In this document: piece after piece, positions 8,106 to 16,611 of the stretch
Position numbering within the stretch: the first letter of the stretch is position 1
How the letters are laid out: every line of letters starts with the position of its first letter
IMG/VR virus record: IMGVR_UViG_3300042139_000023
DNA length: 64,000 bases
Strand: one strand, 5' to 3'
From: a virus
Taxonomy: Duplodnaviria > Caudoviricetes
The notes under the pieces: generated by a model
What the model was told of the DNA's origin: nothing
The model's database searches: none
Seen by the model: only the letters and a program-made list of their open reading frames with translations
Translations under genes and position numbers: made by a program

Positions 8106-8420
8106 ATGGCGTGGCGAATCGAGGCATCCGGAGGAACCGGATCCGCCAATTACGTTGTGATCCAGCCGATGATGGACGACGACCCGGAGAGCGAAGTCCG
8201 GCACGCGCTCATCACCATCTCGCCGAAGGGCGGTCGCGAGCACCCGACGATTCCGATGCTTCCGCCGGGCGCCCTGTACCGGGATCGGCTCGGTATGGCG
8301 TATCGCATTCAGGAGGCAACCATCGTCGAGACAGGAACCGACGACGGTGAACACTCCATGTGGCGCTACGAGTACCTGGTCGCCTACAGCGCGACCCTTC
8401 CGCTCCGGCCCGTCTCATGA
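8106..8420 (+). CDS. Hypothetical protein
   Basis: ATG with RBS GAGGAG; 104 aa. Confidence 0.7.
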   Translation: MAWRIEASGGTGSANYVVIQPMMDDDPESEVRHALITISPKGGREHPTIPMLPPGALYRDRLGMAYRIQEATIVETGTDDGEHSMWRYEYLVAYSATLPLRPVS

Positions 8421-8626
8421 TGGAGAAGGTCGTCACCTGGGCCATCGCGAAGGCGGTCGAAGATGTTGACGACAGCGTGACCACGGCTGCCCTGATGGGC
8501 GCCGCACTGGATACCGCCACCTTCTCGGCGATCGGCGTACCGGCGACCGGGGCTGTGATCGCAGGGGCCGCCACGGGCGTGGGCCTGAACGTGGTACGCA
8601 AGCTGAGGAAGGGAGAAGGGGAATGA
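8417..8626 (+). CDS. Small Gly/Ala-rich membrane protein
   Basis: ATGA overlap; hydrophobic AIGVPATGAVIAGAATGVGL segment. Confidence 0.6.
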   Translation: MMEKVVTWAIAKAVEDVDDSVTTAALMGAALDTATFSAIGVPATGAVIAGAATGVGLNVVRKLRKGEGE

Positions 8627-9282
8627 CCGACTGGTGGAACACGTCCGCGCCGCGACAGGAGGGCGAGCCGGTTCGCGCTGAACCCGCTATCGGGTGGGAC
8701 CCGGAACCCATGCCGTCGATGCCCGCCTCTCCGCCCGAGCCTCCGGCCCAGCAGGAGGAGCCGGAAGCGCAGAAGCCGGATCGCCGCAAGAGCCTTCTCC
8801 TCGGTGCGGCCGGTGCTGCCGCCGTGGGGGTCCTGGTTTTCACCGTCATGCCGCACGACGGCTCGACTCCGGCCGACGTTCCCGGTGTGTCCGCATCATC
8901 GTCCGTCGGGGACTTCCCCCCTGCGGCCGGTGGCGGGCCCTCGGAAGGTGCACAGGACCGCGCTGAAGAATCCCGGGCACCCGCCCCGCAGAAGCCGAAG
9001 GTGGTCACCCTCTCTGCCACACCCAGTGGCTCCGGCAGCGTCGGCGCGATCGTGAAGCTGACGGTCGTGAACAACACCGACGAGGCCGTGGTCGTCATGT
9101 CGTCGATGGTGAAGGGTGACGGCCGCCCGGCGGTCATCGGAGAGGGCACGCTGGCGCCCGGCTCCCGGCGCGTAGAGCCCGGAGAGACGGCGACCGGAAC
9201 CGTGGAGTTCGCCACGAAGAAGGCGCCCGCCCAGGTGGCTCTCGTCGACCTCAGCGGGAACGTGGTGGCGGCCAGTGGCTGA
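8623..9282 (+). CDS. Single-pass membrane protein with extracellular Ig-like (DUF4352-like) domain
   Basis: TM segment LLLGAAGAAAVGVLVFTVM; C-terminal beta-rich VKLTVVNNT...VEPGETATGTVEF. Confidence 0.65.
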   Translation: MTDWWNTSAPRQEGEPVRAEPAIGWDPEPMPSMPASPPEPPAQQEEPEAQKPDRRKSLLLGAAGAAAVGVLVFTVMPHDGSTPADVPGVSASSSVGDFPPAAGGGPSEGAQDRAEESRAPAPQKPKVVTLSATPSGSGSVGAIVKLTVVNNTDEAVVVMSSMVKGDGRPAVIGEGTLAPGSRRVEPGETATGTVEFATKKAPAQVALVDLSGNVVAASG

Positions 9283-9994
9283 ACCCCTGCTGCACCGCCT
9301 TCCGTCGACCGGGAAGTACGACAAGAAGTACCAGGTGCACGGTCACGACCACCTGATCGTCGAGGCGTACTACTCCGACGCCGAAGACAGCAAGCCGGAG
9401 TTCGGGTGCTGGTGGGTGATCGACGCCCGCTTCACCGCCCTCGACCGGTACCGTCGGCAGATCGTCTTCTCCTCCACGTACCTCTCCGACATCCGGAGCT
9501 GGCTGAAGGCTGGAGGGGCGAGCCTGTGGGACCCCGAGAAGAGGAAGGCCGACAAGGACTGGAAGCCGATTCCCGAAGGGTGGTCCCCCGACGACAGCCG
9601 ACTGGAGGCGAAGCGTCGTACACCCTTCAGGCCGTTCGGCGAGAAGGGGTCACGGGCACACAGGTCGGCGCGCAGGCCCGAGGAGCCGGAGCCCAGCGAC
9701 TACCCGCTCTACCCAAGGGGCCTGACGGGCAAGAAGTACGCCGTCGTCCCCGGGTGGGTCACCTCCGTCAACGACGGTCAGCGGCACTGGATCGGATTCG
9801 GTGCACTCACCTGGCTGTACGGGGTTAATCCGGCCGAGTGCATCAAGGTCGACGACGAGACCGAACGTGGCTGGAACGACGACCTGCGGGCACATCTGAT
9901 CTGGCTGTATCCGCAACGCAGGCACGAGGACTACGAATCGATGAAGGAGGAGCTGGCCAGGGGCGAGGACGCCTTCAAGCTGATCGAGCCCTGA
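9275..9994 (+). CDS. Two-domain phage hypothetical protein
   Basis: 239-aa ORF; C-terminal KYAVVPGWVTSVNDGQRHWIG..L..LYGV pattern recalled from phage proteins. Confidence 0.7.
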   Translation: MAEPLLHRLPSTGKYDKKYQVHGHDHLIVEAYYSDAEDSKPEFGCWWVIDARFTALDRYRRQIVFSSTYLSDIRSWLKAGGASLWDPEKRKADKDWKPIPEGWSPDDSRLEAKRRTPFRPFGEKGSRAHRSARRPEEPEPSDYPLYPRGLTGKKYAVVPGWVTSVNDGQRHWIGFGALTWLYGVNPAECIKVDDETERGWNDDLRAHLIWLYPQRRHEDYESMKEELARGEDAFKLIEP

Positions 9995-10003
9995 GCATGC
10001 GAA

Positions 10004-10033
10004 AGCCCCCGTCGCACCGTTGCGACGGGGGCT
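10004..10033. terminator. Bidirectional terminator between convergent genes
   Basis: Perfect 13-bp stem AGCCCCCGTCGCA / TGCGACGGGGGCT. Confidence 0.75.
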
Positions 10034-10054
10034 CTGCACATCCGCATGGGGTCC

Positions 10055-10789
10055 TCACAGGGGCACGTGGAACGAGACCGGCCTGTTGCCCTCGCAGACC
10101 TTCACGGCGACCTCGACGACCTTGCCGTTGGCCAGGAGGACCCGACGCGCCGTCTGCGTGACGATCGCGTACGCGCCCTTCAGTTCCAGCAGCTCCCGCT
10201 CCCGGTCCGTCGCCAGACGCGACGTGATGACGGGGATCAGGTCCTTCTGCCGGGAGCCCATGCGTTCGGCCGCCAGCTCCCGCGAACCGCGCGGGGTGGA
10301 CTCGGCCATCGCCAGCTCGGGCGTCACGGCCGTCACCTCGGGCGGGTAGTACGAGTGTCCGGTGGCGACCGGCTTGCCGTCGATCTTGTTCAGGCGCTCC
10401 CGGTACACGACCCCCTCGCCGGGCTCGACGCCCAGCGCGGAAGCGATGCTGGCCGGGCACGGCACCGTCTCCACCCGCAGGATCTCCGAGGTCTCTCGGG
10501 CGCCCAGCGCCTTGCCGCTCGCCGCGTAGTTCCCGACGCGGTCCTGGACCGTCGCCGTGCGTCCCGAGATGTCCGCCACGACCGGCGGCCGGTTGCCGCT
10601 GGACGGCTCCAGGACCCCTTCCGCCGTCAGCAGCTCCACGACCTTGTCGATGGTGACGCGCGACGTCTTGTGGGTCTTGGCGAGCCTGCGGCGCGACTCC
10701 AGCGGGGTACCCGGCGCCAGATCACCAGAGGTGATCCTGGATCGGTAATGTGCCGCAATGGCACGGTACTTGGGAATCTGCTCGCTCAC
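10055..10789 (-). CDS. GntR-family (HutC/UTRA) repressor, KorA/KorSA/TraR type
   Basis: GTG 10789 with RBS GAGGAG; PKYRAIAAHYRSRITSGDLAPGTPLESRRRLAKTHKTSRVTIDK wHTH plus UTRA motifs (VVYRERL, SYYP, RLATDRERELL). Confidence 0.9.
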   Translation of the reverse strand: MSEQIPKYRAIAAHYRSRITSGDLAPGTPLESRRRLAKTHKTSRVTIDKVVELLTAEGVLEPSSGNRPPVVADISGRTATVQDRVGNYAASGKALGARETSEILRVETVPCPASIASALGVEPGEGVVYRERLNKIDGKPVATGHSYYPPEVTAVTPELAMAESTPRGSRELAAERMGSRQKDLIPVITSRLATDRERELLELKGAYAIVTQTARRVLLANGKVVEVAVKVCEGNRPVSFHVPL

Positions 10790-10808
10790 TTTTTCTCCTC
10801 GCGTTCGC

Positions 10809-10837
10809 TTGTGGCCTAGGCCGTATTGTGTCATGCT
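10809..10837. promoter_or_regulatory. Divergent promoter region with GGCCTAGGCC operator (10813-10822)
   Basis: Palindrome 24 bp upstream of the gntR start; possible rightward TTGTGG-N17-CATGCT promoter overlaps it. Confidence 0.65.
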
Positions 10838-10876
10838 GGACTCCACAACGCCAGCAGGGACCGAAGAGAGGGCGAC

Positions 10877-11041
10877 ATGGAAGGTAACGGGGAGGTTCAG
10901 GAGCCGGTTGTGCCGCAACCTCAGCACGTGCCGGAGGCTTCTCTGGGGCAGCTTTCTGACTTCGCTGCCAACCAGGATATCGCCCGATTGGAGGCAACCG
11001 TAGAGGCCAACATCGGACTAGCTTCCGACGGAAAGCCGTAA
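10877..11041 (+). CDS. Small acidic hypothetical protein
   Basis: ATG 10877 with RBS GAGAGGG; 54 aa; first gene of the divergent unit. Confidence 0.45.
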   Translation: MEGNGEVQEPVVPQPQHVPEASLGQLSDFAANQDIARLEATVEANIGLASDGKP

Positions 11042-11056
11042 CGCGGAAGGAGAAAC

Positions 11057-12019
11057 GTGGCGACGAAGGCAGCCATTCCGCCGAAGCCGAAGACGGCCCC
11101 CACCGTGCACCTCAAGGGCCAGAAGCGGAAGCCGCCACGGACCCTGAAGGGCGACCTCAAGGCACTGAAGGGGAAGCTCGGTTCGGCCACCACTCGGTGG
11201 ACCGAGAGTCAGGGCAAGGCGGAAGAGAAGAAGGAGAAGGTACGCCAGGAGGCCGAGAAGATCCTGGCCCCCGTCAAGGAAAAGGCCGCAGAGGAGAAGA
11301 AGCTCGCGGCCGAAGTGATGAAGCCCGTTCAGGCGGCTGCCGCCGCCATCAAGAACGGGTTGGATCCGGCCAACGGAAAGACCCGGCCGTACGTCACTTC
11401 GTTCATGATCTCCTCGGTGATGTCGTGGGCTGTCGGACCGCAGATTCTGACCGCTCTGTACGAGCGAATCCGCTTCGGCACCTCGACCACCGGATGGGGA
11501 ATCCTGAACGGCCCTGGCAGGTGGTTCAGGGACACGATCGGCATGGCGTACGAGTCGGACCGGCTCGGCAGCCTGATCTGGGCAGCGATCATGGGGCTCA
11601 CCCCCATGATCCTGATGTTCACCCGGAACCAGGTCGCCGGATACCTGGCCCAGAGCACGTACCGGGGGCGGATGGTCGCCTTCAGCATCAAGTGGCTGAC
11701 CCGTTCGGCCTGGCTGGTTCCGGTCCTGTTCTTCGTGGGGGTCTCGTACCCCGACGAGGTGACGGCGATCTTCGGTTCGCCGTGGACCTTCCAGATGTGG
11801 CAGTTCTGGGTCGCCGGTCTGTTCTGCATGGCGTTCTACGCGACCATGTGGGTCTTCGACCGGATCGAACGGCTCAACCGCGAGCGGTCGGCCATGTCGG
11901 AGGAGGAGCGCGAGAAGTCCCAGAGCATGGGGCCGGGCATCTTCCACGCCGTACTCATGATCCCGCTGGCGTCGATCGTCACGGGGATCCTGCTCTACGC
12001 ACCGGGCGCCGCCTGGTGA
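11057..12019 (+). CDS. Integral membrane protein with Lys/Ala-rich cytoplasmic N-terminus
   Basis: RBS GAAGGAG; several hydrophobic helices in the C-terminal two thirds. Confidence 0.8.
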   Translation: MATKAAIPPKPKTAPTVHLKGQKRKPPRTLKGDLKALKGKLGSATTRWTESQGKAEEKKEKVRQEAEKILAPVKEKAAEEKKLAAEVMKPVQAAAAAIKNGLDPANGKTRPYVTSFMISSVMSWAVGPQILTALYERIRFGTSTTGWGILNGPGRWFRDTIGMAYESDRLGSLIWAAIMGLTPMILMFTRNQVAGYLAQSTYRGRMVAFSIKWLTRSAWLVPVLFFVGVSYPDEVTAIFGSPWTFQMWQFWVAGLFCMAFYATMWVFDRIERLNRERSAMSEEEREKSQSMGPGIFHAVLMIPLASIVTGILLYAPGAAW

Positions 12020-12244
12020 TGCACAAGGGCCTCCGCTGCCGTGTGGCAGCCCAGCTACCGCTGGAAGCCGGTTCGCATCCGGCCGGAGGTACGAAGCGGA
12101 CGAACGAGCCGCTTGGAAAGGGGACGAGTCGTGTTCCAGAAGGACGACGACCTCGACGGGCTGCCGGTACTGAAGCCCGCCGGTCCCGGCCGGTGAGTCT
12201 GTGGGGCCGCTGGAGGGCGGCCCCACAGGGAAGGTGAGGGAAAA

Positions 12245-12823
12245 GTGATTCTGGCACTCACGCAGCAGCAGCAGATCGAGGTTCCGGAGAATTCGTGGAT
12301 CGGTCACACCACGATGGCAGGCTTCGGAATCATCCTGCTGGTGCTCTCGTTCCTCTGCATCAAGGGGAACAAGAAGGGTCAGCAGATGTTCCTCTGGGGC
12401 GGGCTGACCAAGGCGCTGATGACCAAGGCCGTGCAGCAGCCGACCAGCCGCATGATGACGAAGGTCCACGGAGGTCCGAGCGAAGGGTTCGACTGGCGGT
12501 CCGCAATGACATTCCTCGTGGGAATGTGGGCCATGACGTCGATCGTCAGCTCGACCGGTGGGTTCGTCGTCGACCTGGTCGACTGGTTCCAGGGTCTGGT
12601 CATGGCGCTGGCCGACTGGCCGGTCCTGTCCGACATCGGAGCCGGAGGCATCTGCCTCTTCCTCGGGTTCCTCGCGATGCGGAACAAGGATGACGACAAG
12701 CAGGATCTGATGTACGGCGCCATCTGCGGGTTCTTCTTCCCGCTCGGCGGCGGCACCTGGGCCGAGATCACACTCCAGATCGGCAACTGGATCCCGCAGC
12801 TCATGCAGAGCCCGTTCCACTGA
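12245..12823 (+). CDS. Multi-pass membrane protein
   Basis: At least four hydrophobic segments; RBS GAGGGA. Confidence 0.75.
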   Translation: MILALTQQQQIEVPENSWIGHTTMAGFGIILLVLSFLCIKGNKKGQQMFLWGGLTKALMTKAVQQPTSRMMTKVHGGPSEGFDWRSAMTFLVGMWAMTSIVSSTGGFVVDLVDWFQGLVMALADWPVLSDIGAGGICLFLGFLAMRNKDDDKQDLMYGAICGFFFPLGGGTWAEITLQIGNWIPQLMQSPFH

Positions 12824-12836
12824 GGTGGGCGGTTCC

Positions 12837-12875
12837 AACGGCCGGGCCCTTCGCGGGTCCGGCCGTTCGGCTTTT
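12837..12875 (+). terminator. Intrinsic terminator
   Basis: AACGGCCGGGCCC / GGGTCCGGCCGTT stem followed by CGGCTTTT. Confidence 0.7.
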
Positions 12876-12896
12876 CAACTCCAGTACAGGTTCACC

Positions 12897-12926
12897 TTGT
12901 TGGCTGGCCTAGGTCAATGTTAGAGT
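12897..12926 (+). promoter_or_regulatory. HrdB-type promoter of the cell-wall hydrolase operon with GGCCTAGGTC in the spacer
   Basis: TTGTTG (12897-12902), N18, TAGAGT (12921-12926); operator variant at 12906-12915. Confidence 0.7.
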
Positions 12927-12948
12927 GGAGCCCGGAGAAGGGAGGAAC

Positions 12949-13587
12949 GTGATGCGCAGGGCAGGCGGAGTATTCGTCGGCGTGTTTCTGGCAGTTGGGG
13001 CAGTTCAGGCCGTCACCGGTTTCATTCCGGCGGTCCCGTCTGCCGCGTCCGTCGCGGCGCCTCCGAAGCAGGAGGCCACCGGGGACTACAAGTTCACGGG
13101 CACCTCTGCCCCGATCCGGCCCGGCTCGGTCCCGAAGAAGCGCTGGGAAGAGCTGATCAACAAGTGGGGCAACAAGTGCAAGACGTTGACCCCCGCCCTC
13201 CTGGCGGCCCAGCTCGATCAGGAGAGCATGGGATTCAAGCCTGAAGTCATCGACGGACGACTGGACTCCCCGGCCTCCGCCAAGGGCATGGCCCAGTTCA
13301 TCGACGGCACGTGGGCCACCGAGGGGATCGACGCAAACGGGGACGGCAAGCGCAACAAGTACGACCCCGAGGACGCCATCCCCTCGGCCGCGACGCTGGA
13401 CTGCAAGCTCGCGAACGGCCTGAAGGACATACCTGGCCCCACCTGGAAGAACATGCTCGCCGGATACAACGCGGGCGGCTTCCGGGTGAAGCAGTACAAC
13501 GGCGTCCCGCCGTGCTCGTTCGCCAGGTGCGAGACCTACAACTACGTGAAGTTCATCGAGCGGAAGACGAGGAAGTACGAGCAGTGA
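12949..13587 (+). CDS. Secreted lytic transglycosylase (SLT)
   Basis: N-terminal hydrophobic/signal segment; LLAAQLDQES (catalytic Glu), AKGMAQF..GTW, YDPEDAI, AGYNAG, ETYNYV motifs. Confidence 0.9.
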   Translation: MMRRAGGVFVGVFLAVGAVQAVTGFIPAVPSAASVAAPPKQEATGDYKFTGTSAPIRPGSVPKKRWEELINKWGNKCKTLTPALLAAQLDQESMGFKPEVIDGRLDSPASAKGMAQFIDGTWATEGIDANGDGKRNKYDPEDAIPSAATLDCKLANGLKDIPGPTWKNMLAGYNAGGFRVKQYNGVPPCSFARCETYNYVKFIERKTRKYEQ

Positions 13588-14183
13588 ACCGGACTCAGCG
13601 AGCGGCCCTGGCGGTCGCCTCCGTGGCGCTGCTCGTGCCCGTCACGTCATCCTGTGCCGCGCTCAACGCGGCGCCCATCTCGAACGCCACGGCGAACCCC
13701 AACCCGGAGATCGAGAAGATCAACTGGTACTCGCCCGAGCAGCGCGCCAAGGAGGCGAAGCGACAGGAGCGGGACACCAAGGTCTCCAGTTCCCGGTCGG
13801 GCGACGCGGCGGCCGTGGCCATCGCGTACGCCCGCACGAAGATCGGAGTTCCCTACCTCTGGGGCGGCACCGGCACCAGCGCCCAGGGCGGTCGCTTCGA
13901 CTGCTCCGGCCTGACGCAGGCCGCGTACGCCAAGGCGGGGATCAGGATCCCTCGGGTCGCGAACGACCAGTACAACACGACCAGCAATCATCCATCCTGG
14001 GATGAACTGGAGCCGGGTGACCTGGTCTTCTTCGGCCAGAAGGGGAATTCGCGCTCGATTCATCACGTCGGCATCTACATCGGTGGCGGCAAGATGCTGC
14101 ACGCGCCACGGACCGGAACGAAGATCCGCGTCAACGACGTGCACTACATGAACGACTACTTCGGAGCGACGAGGGTGGCCTGA
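13584..14183 (+). CDS. NlpC/P60 peptidoglycan endopeptidase, lipoprotein
   Basis: GTGA overlap; lipobox VTSSC; IGVPYLWGG, FDCSGLTQAAY, GDLVFF, HHVGIY motifs. Confidence 0.92.
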   Translation: MNRTQRAALAVASVALLVPVTSSCAALNAAPISNATANPNPEIEKINWYSPEQRAKEAKRQERDTKVSSSRSGDAAAVAIAYARTKIGVPYLWGGTGTSAQGGRFDCSGLTQAAYAKAGIRIPRVANDQYNTTSNHPSWDELEPGDLVFFGQKGNSRSIHHVGIYIGGGKMLHAPRTGTKIRVNDVHYMNDYFGATRVA

Positions 14184-14479
14184 TGGCTGAACACACGGTG
14201 CGCGTATGGCGCAGGACAAGGCCCCTCACGGGTGACCCGACCCGGGTCATCGGCCTGGAGCGGGACGAGATCACCCTTGAGGCGCCGAGCTTGAAGTCGG
14301 CCCTGGAGCAGGTGGTCGACGCCGAGTACAAGGAGGGCGGCAAGCAGCTCCGGGTGTACGCCCAGATCGAGCGGCCCGAAGGAGGTCACCTCGGGATCGG
14401 CGATTACACCCTCTGCGAGCTGGCTTTCGCGGAAGACGAGAAGCGCCGGGCGGAGCAGTCCGGCGACATCGAGAAGTAA
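14183..14479 (+). CDS. Hypothetical protein
   Basis: Coupled start (TGATG); 98 aa. Confidence 0.7.
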   Translation: MAEHTVRVWRRTRPLTGDPTRVIGLERDEITLEAPSLKSALEQVVDAEYKEGGKQLRVYAQIERPEGGHLGIGDYTLCELAFAEDEKRRAEQSGDIEK

Positions 14480-14496
14480 CGGAAACGGAGAAACAC

Positions 14497-14967
14497 GTGG
14501 AATCCAGTCTCGGAACGCCGGACGACATGCTGCGCCAGTCGATGAAGCAGCTCGGCATCGACCGTGAGACGGCCATCTCCCTGGCCGTGAAAGGCTTCGA
14601 GGCGGCCCTGCGGGTCGAGGGCGAGGTGACCGAGGAGAAGGTGGACCGCAAGCTGGCCGAACTCTTCGTCGCCGAGAGCCGCAACCGGTCCCCCTGGTTC
14701 GTGACGCTGATGCAGGCGCACTACCGCAAGAACCTCCCCGCCTGGGAGAAGCTGCACGACGACGCGGTGGAGCGCGGCCAGGACCCGGCGACGAAGATGT
14801 CCATCACCGAGAGCGTGATCATGGAGATGGCGCAGGAACGCGTCGAGCTGGTGAAGCTCGCCAAGCAGGGCAAGTCGATCGAGGAGATCACTGAGGCGGC
14901 CTTCGCCTTCGACGACGCGCGGCCCGACGGCGAGCTGTACCTGCTCCTCGCGCGACAGATGGGCTGA
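14497..14967 (+). CDS. Hypothetical helical protein
   Basis: GTG start with RBS GGAG; 156 aa; strong GC3 bias. Confidence 0.7.
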   Translation: MESSLGTPDDMLRQSMKQLGIDRETAISLAVKGFEAALRVEGEVTEEKVDRKLAELFVAESRNRSPWFVTLMQAHYRKNLPAWEKLHDDAVERGQDPATKMSITESVIMEMAQERVELVKLAKQGKSIEEITEAAFAFDDARPDGELYLLLARQMG

Positions 14968-14979
14968 CGGAGAACCCCG

Positions 14980-15010
14980 GACGGGCGGCCGATGTGAACG
15001 GCCGCCCGTC
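14980..15010. terminator. Hairpin, probable terminator
   Basis: GACGGGCGGCCG / CGGCCGCCCGTC perfect 12-bp stem. Confidence 0.55.
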
Positions 15011-15036
15011 GTCACATCTCGGAAGGGAAGAAGGGC

Positions 15037-15366
15037 ATGACGAAGAACGCCAAGCGAGCGGGCGTCATCACGATCGAGGTCGAGCTGCTGAAGCCGCTCA
15101 GCCGGATGCGGAAGGTGGCTCTGGAGCTGGCCTGGGAGGACATGCTGGACCTCCCGCTGTCGACCGACAAGCTCCAGATCGACCGCATGGAGATCAACCT
15201 GACGCTCGGCCCGGCCGACGACGGAACGATCCTCGACGCGCCGAACTCGCTTCAGGACTTCACCTGGCAGGGCACCTACGACAGCGGCGAGTGGGTGGCC
15301 GCCGAGACCTTCATCGCCAACGCCCGGCACGACCGTCGAGTGCTGAACGTCAAGGCGATCCGGTGA
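15037..15366 (+). CDS. Hypothetical protein
   Basis: RBS GAAGGG; 109 aa. Confidence 0.65.
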   Translation: MTKNAKRAGVITIEVELLKPLSRMRKVALELAWEDMLDLPLSTDKLQIDRMEINLTLGPADDGTILDAPNSLQDFTWQGTYDSGEWVAAETFIANARHDRRVLNVKAIR

Positions 15367-16076
15367 AGGGGTCGGTGCACGCGGCGATCGGAGCCTCGGC
15401 ACCGGCAGGGCTCGTGCTCACTCAGCACGTCAGCATCCTTCAGGGTGTGGTGATGGCGGCGGTCTCGGCGGGTTTCTCCCTGATGCCCGACCTGGACCAC
15501 CCCAACGCCTGCGCCACGAAGGCCCTGGGCAAGCCCGTCCACAGGGTCGTCCACACCCTGTGCAAGGCGGTCGTGAAGGGCACGGCACTGGGCCGCGATC
15601 GAAGCTACCTGACCTTCCGGAAGGCCCGTGGCCAGGACCCCTACCACCGGACCCTGACGCATACCTTGCTCGTCTCGGTGGCGATGGGTGCCCTGGCGTA
15701 CATCCTGGCGATGGCTTCGCCCATCGCCTGCGGGGCCGTGGCCGCGCTCGGGGTCTTCACGCTCTGGCCGTTGTACCGGAAGACCATCGGCCTGGTCGTC
15801 CTCGGTGCCGCCGTTGCGGCCGTCGGGTCAGTGATCTACCTGGATCCCTGGTTGATGGCACTGGCCGTGACCGGCGGATACGCAAGTCACGTGGTGGCCG
15901 ACGGCTGCACGACGGCCGGGGTTCCGGCGTTCTGGCCGCTGACCATCCAGGGCAAGCGCTGGTGGAACATCCGGCTCCTTGGAGGATCCGTCTCTTCGGG
16001 GTCGGCCGCAGAGAAGGGACCGGCGATCGGGGTGGCAATGGCCTCCAACGCACTTCTGGTCCTGCTCAGCATGTAG
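15363..16076 (+). CDS. Membrane-bound metal-dependent hydrolase (YdjM/DUF457-like)
   Basis: GTGA overlap; G..H, PDLDHP, HRTLTHT, GYASHVVADGCT..GVP.FWP motifs; multiple TM segments. Confidence 0.85.
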   Translation: MKGSVHAAIGASAPAGLVLTQHVSILQGVVMAAVSAGFSLMPDLDHPNACATKALGKPVHRVVHTLCKAVVKGTALGRDRSYLTFRKARGQDPYHRTLTHTLLVSVAMGALAYILAMASPIACGAVAALGVFTLWPLYRKTIGLVVLGAAVAAVGSVIYLDPWLMALAVTGGYASHVVADGCTTAGVPAFWPLTIQGKRWWNIRLLGGSVSSGSAAEKGPAIGVAMASNALLVLLSM

Positions 16077-16078
16077 GG

Positions 16079-16104
16079 AAGCCCGGCCTCTGGCCGGGCT
16101 TTTC
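16079..16104 (+). terminator. Intrinsic terminator
   Basis: AAGCCCGGCC / GGCCGGGCTT stem with T tail. Confidence 0.75.
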
Positions 16105-16176
16105 TGCTCTTGGCGAATGACCCACATCTGGCGCACAATTGAAGACGGAAGTGGAGGGAAAGGTGATGCGATTCCG

Positions 16177-16611
16177 GTGACGTACGAGAAGGACGAGGTC
16201 TACGGCACGACGACGCGCCGGACTCTGGCGTACACGCGCGCCCAGGACGAGCTGCTCACGGCAGACTTCCGGCCCCGCGCGGTGCCTGCGCCTGTTCAGC
16301 CCCAGGAGCGCATGGCCCCGCTGCCGCCCGAGGAGACCAGCCCGTACGGACCGGAGGCGATCGTCCGGGCCCGCGAGATGGACTACGAGCTGACGACACG
16401 CATCCAGCAGGAGTCGCCGTACGTGGCGCAGGAGGTGGTCGAGCACAAGATCCACGACTACCGGCTGTACGTCGGCATGTGGATCGTGGCCGGTCTGAGC
16501 GCCGTGACGGCCTTCCTCACGTTCGACCTCGTCCACCTGGCCATAGCCGGTGTCGCGGTCGTCTTCGCTCTGATGTCCTCCCCCGGTCAGCAGTACCGGG
16601 ATGCGGATTGA
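16177..16611 (+). CDS. Membrane protein with two C-terminal TM helices
   Basis: GTG 16177 (alternative ATG 16117); C-terminal LYVGMWIVAGLSAVTAFLTF and LAIAGVAVVFALM. Confidence 0.65.
   Translation: MTYEKDEVYGTTTRRTLAYTRAQDELLTADFRPRAVPAPVQPQERMAPLPPEETSPYGPEAIVRAREMDYELTTRIQQESPYVAQEVVEHKIHDYRLYVGMWIVAGLSAVTAFLTFDLVHLAIAGVAVVFALMSSPGQQYRDAD

Noticed and set aside
12020-12200. In-frame continuation after the TGA of the 11057 gene (possible readthrough) or a small ORF
   Set aside because: No recognisable readthrough context or convincing RBS/codon bias; cannot be supported from sequence alone
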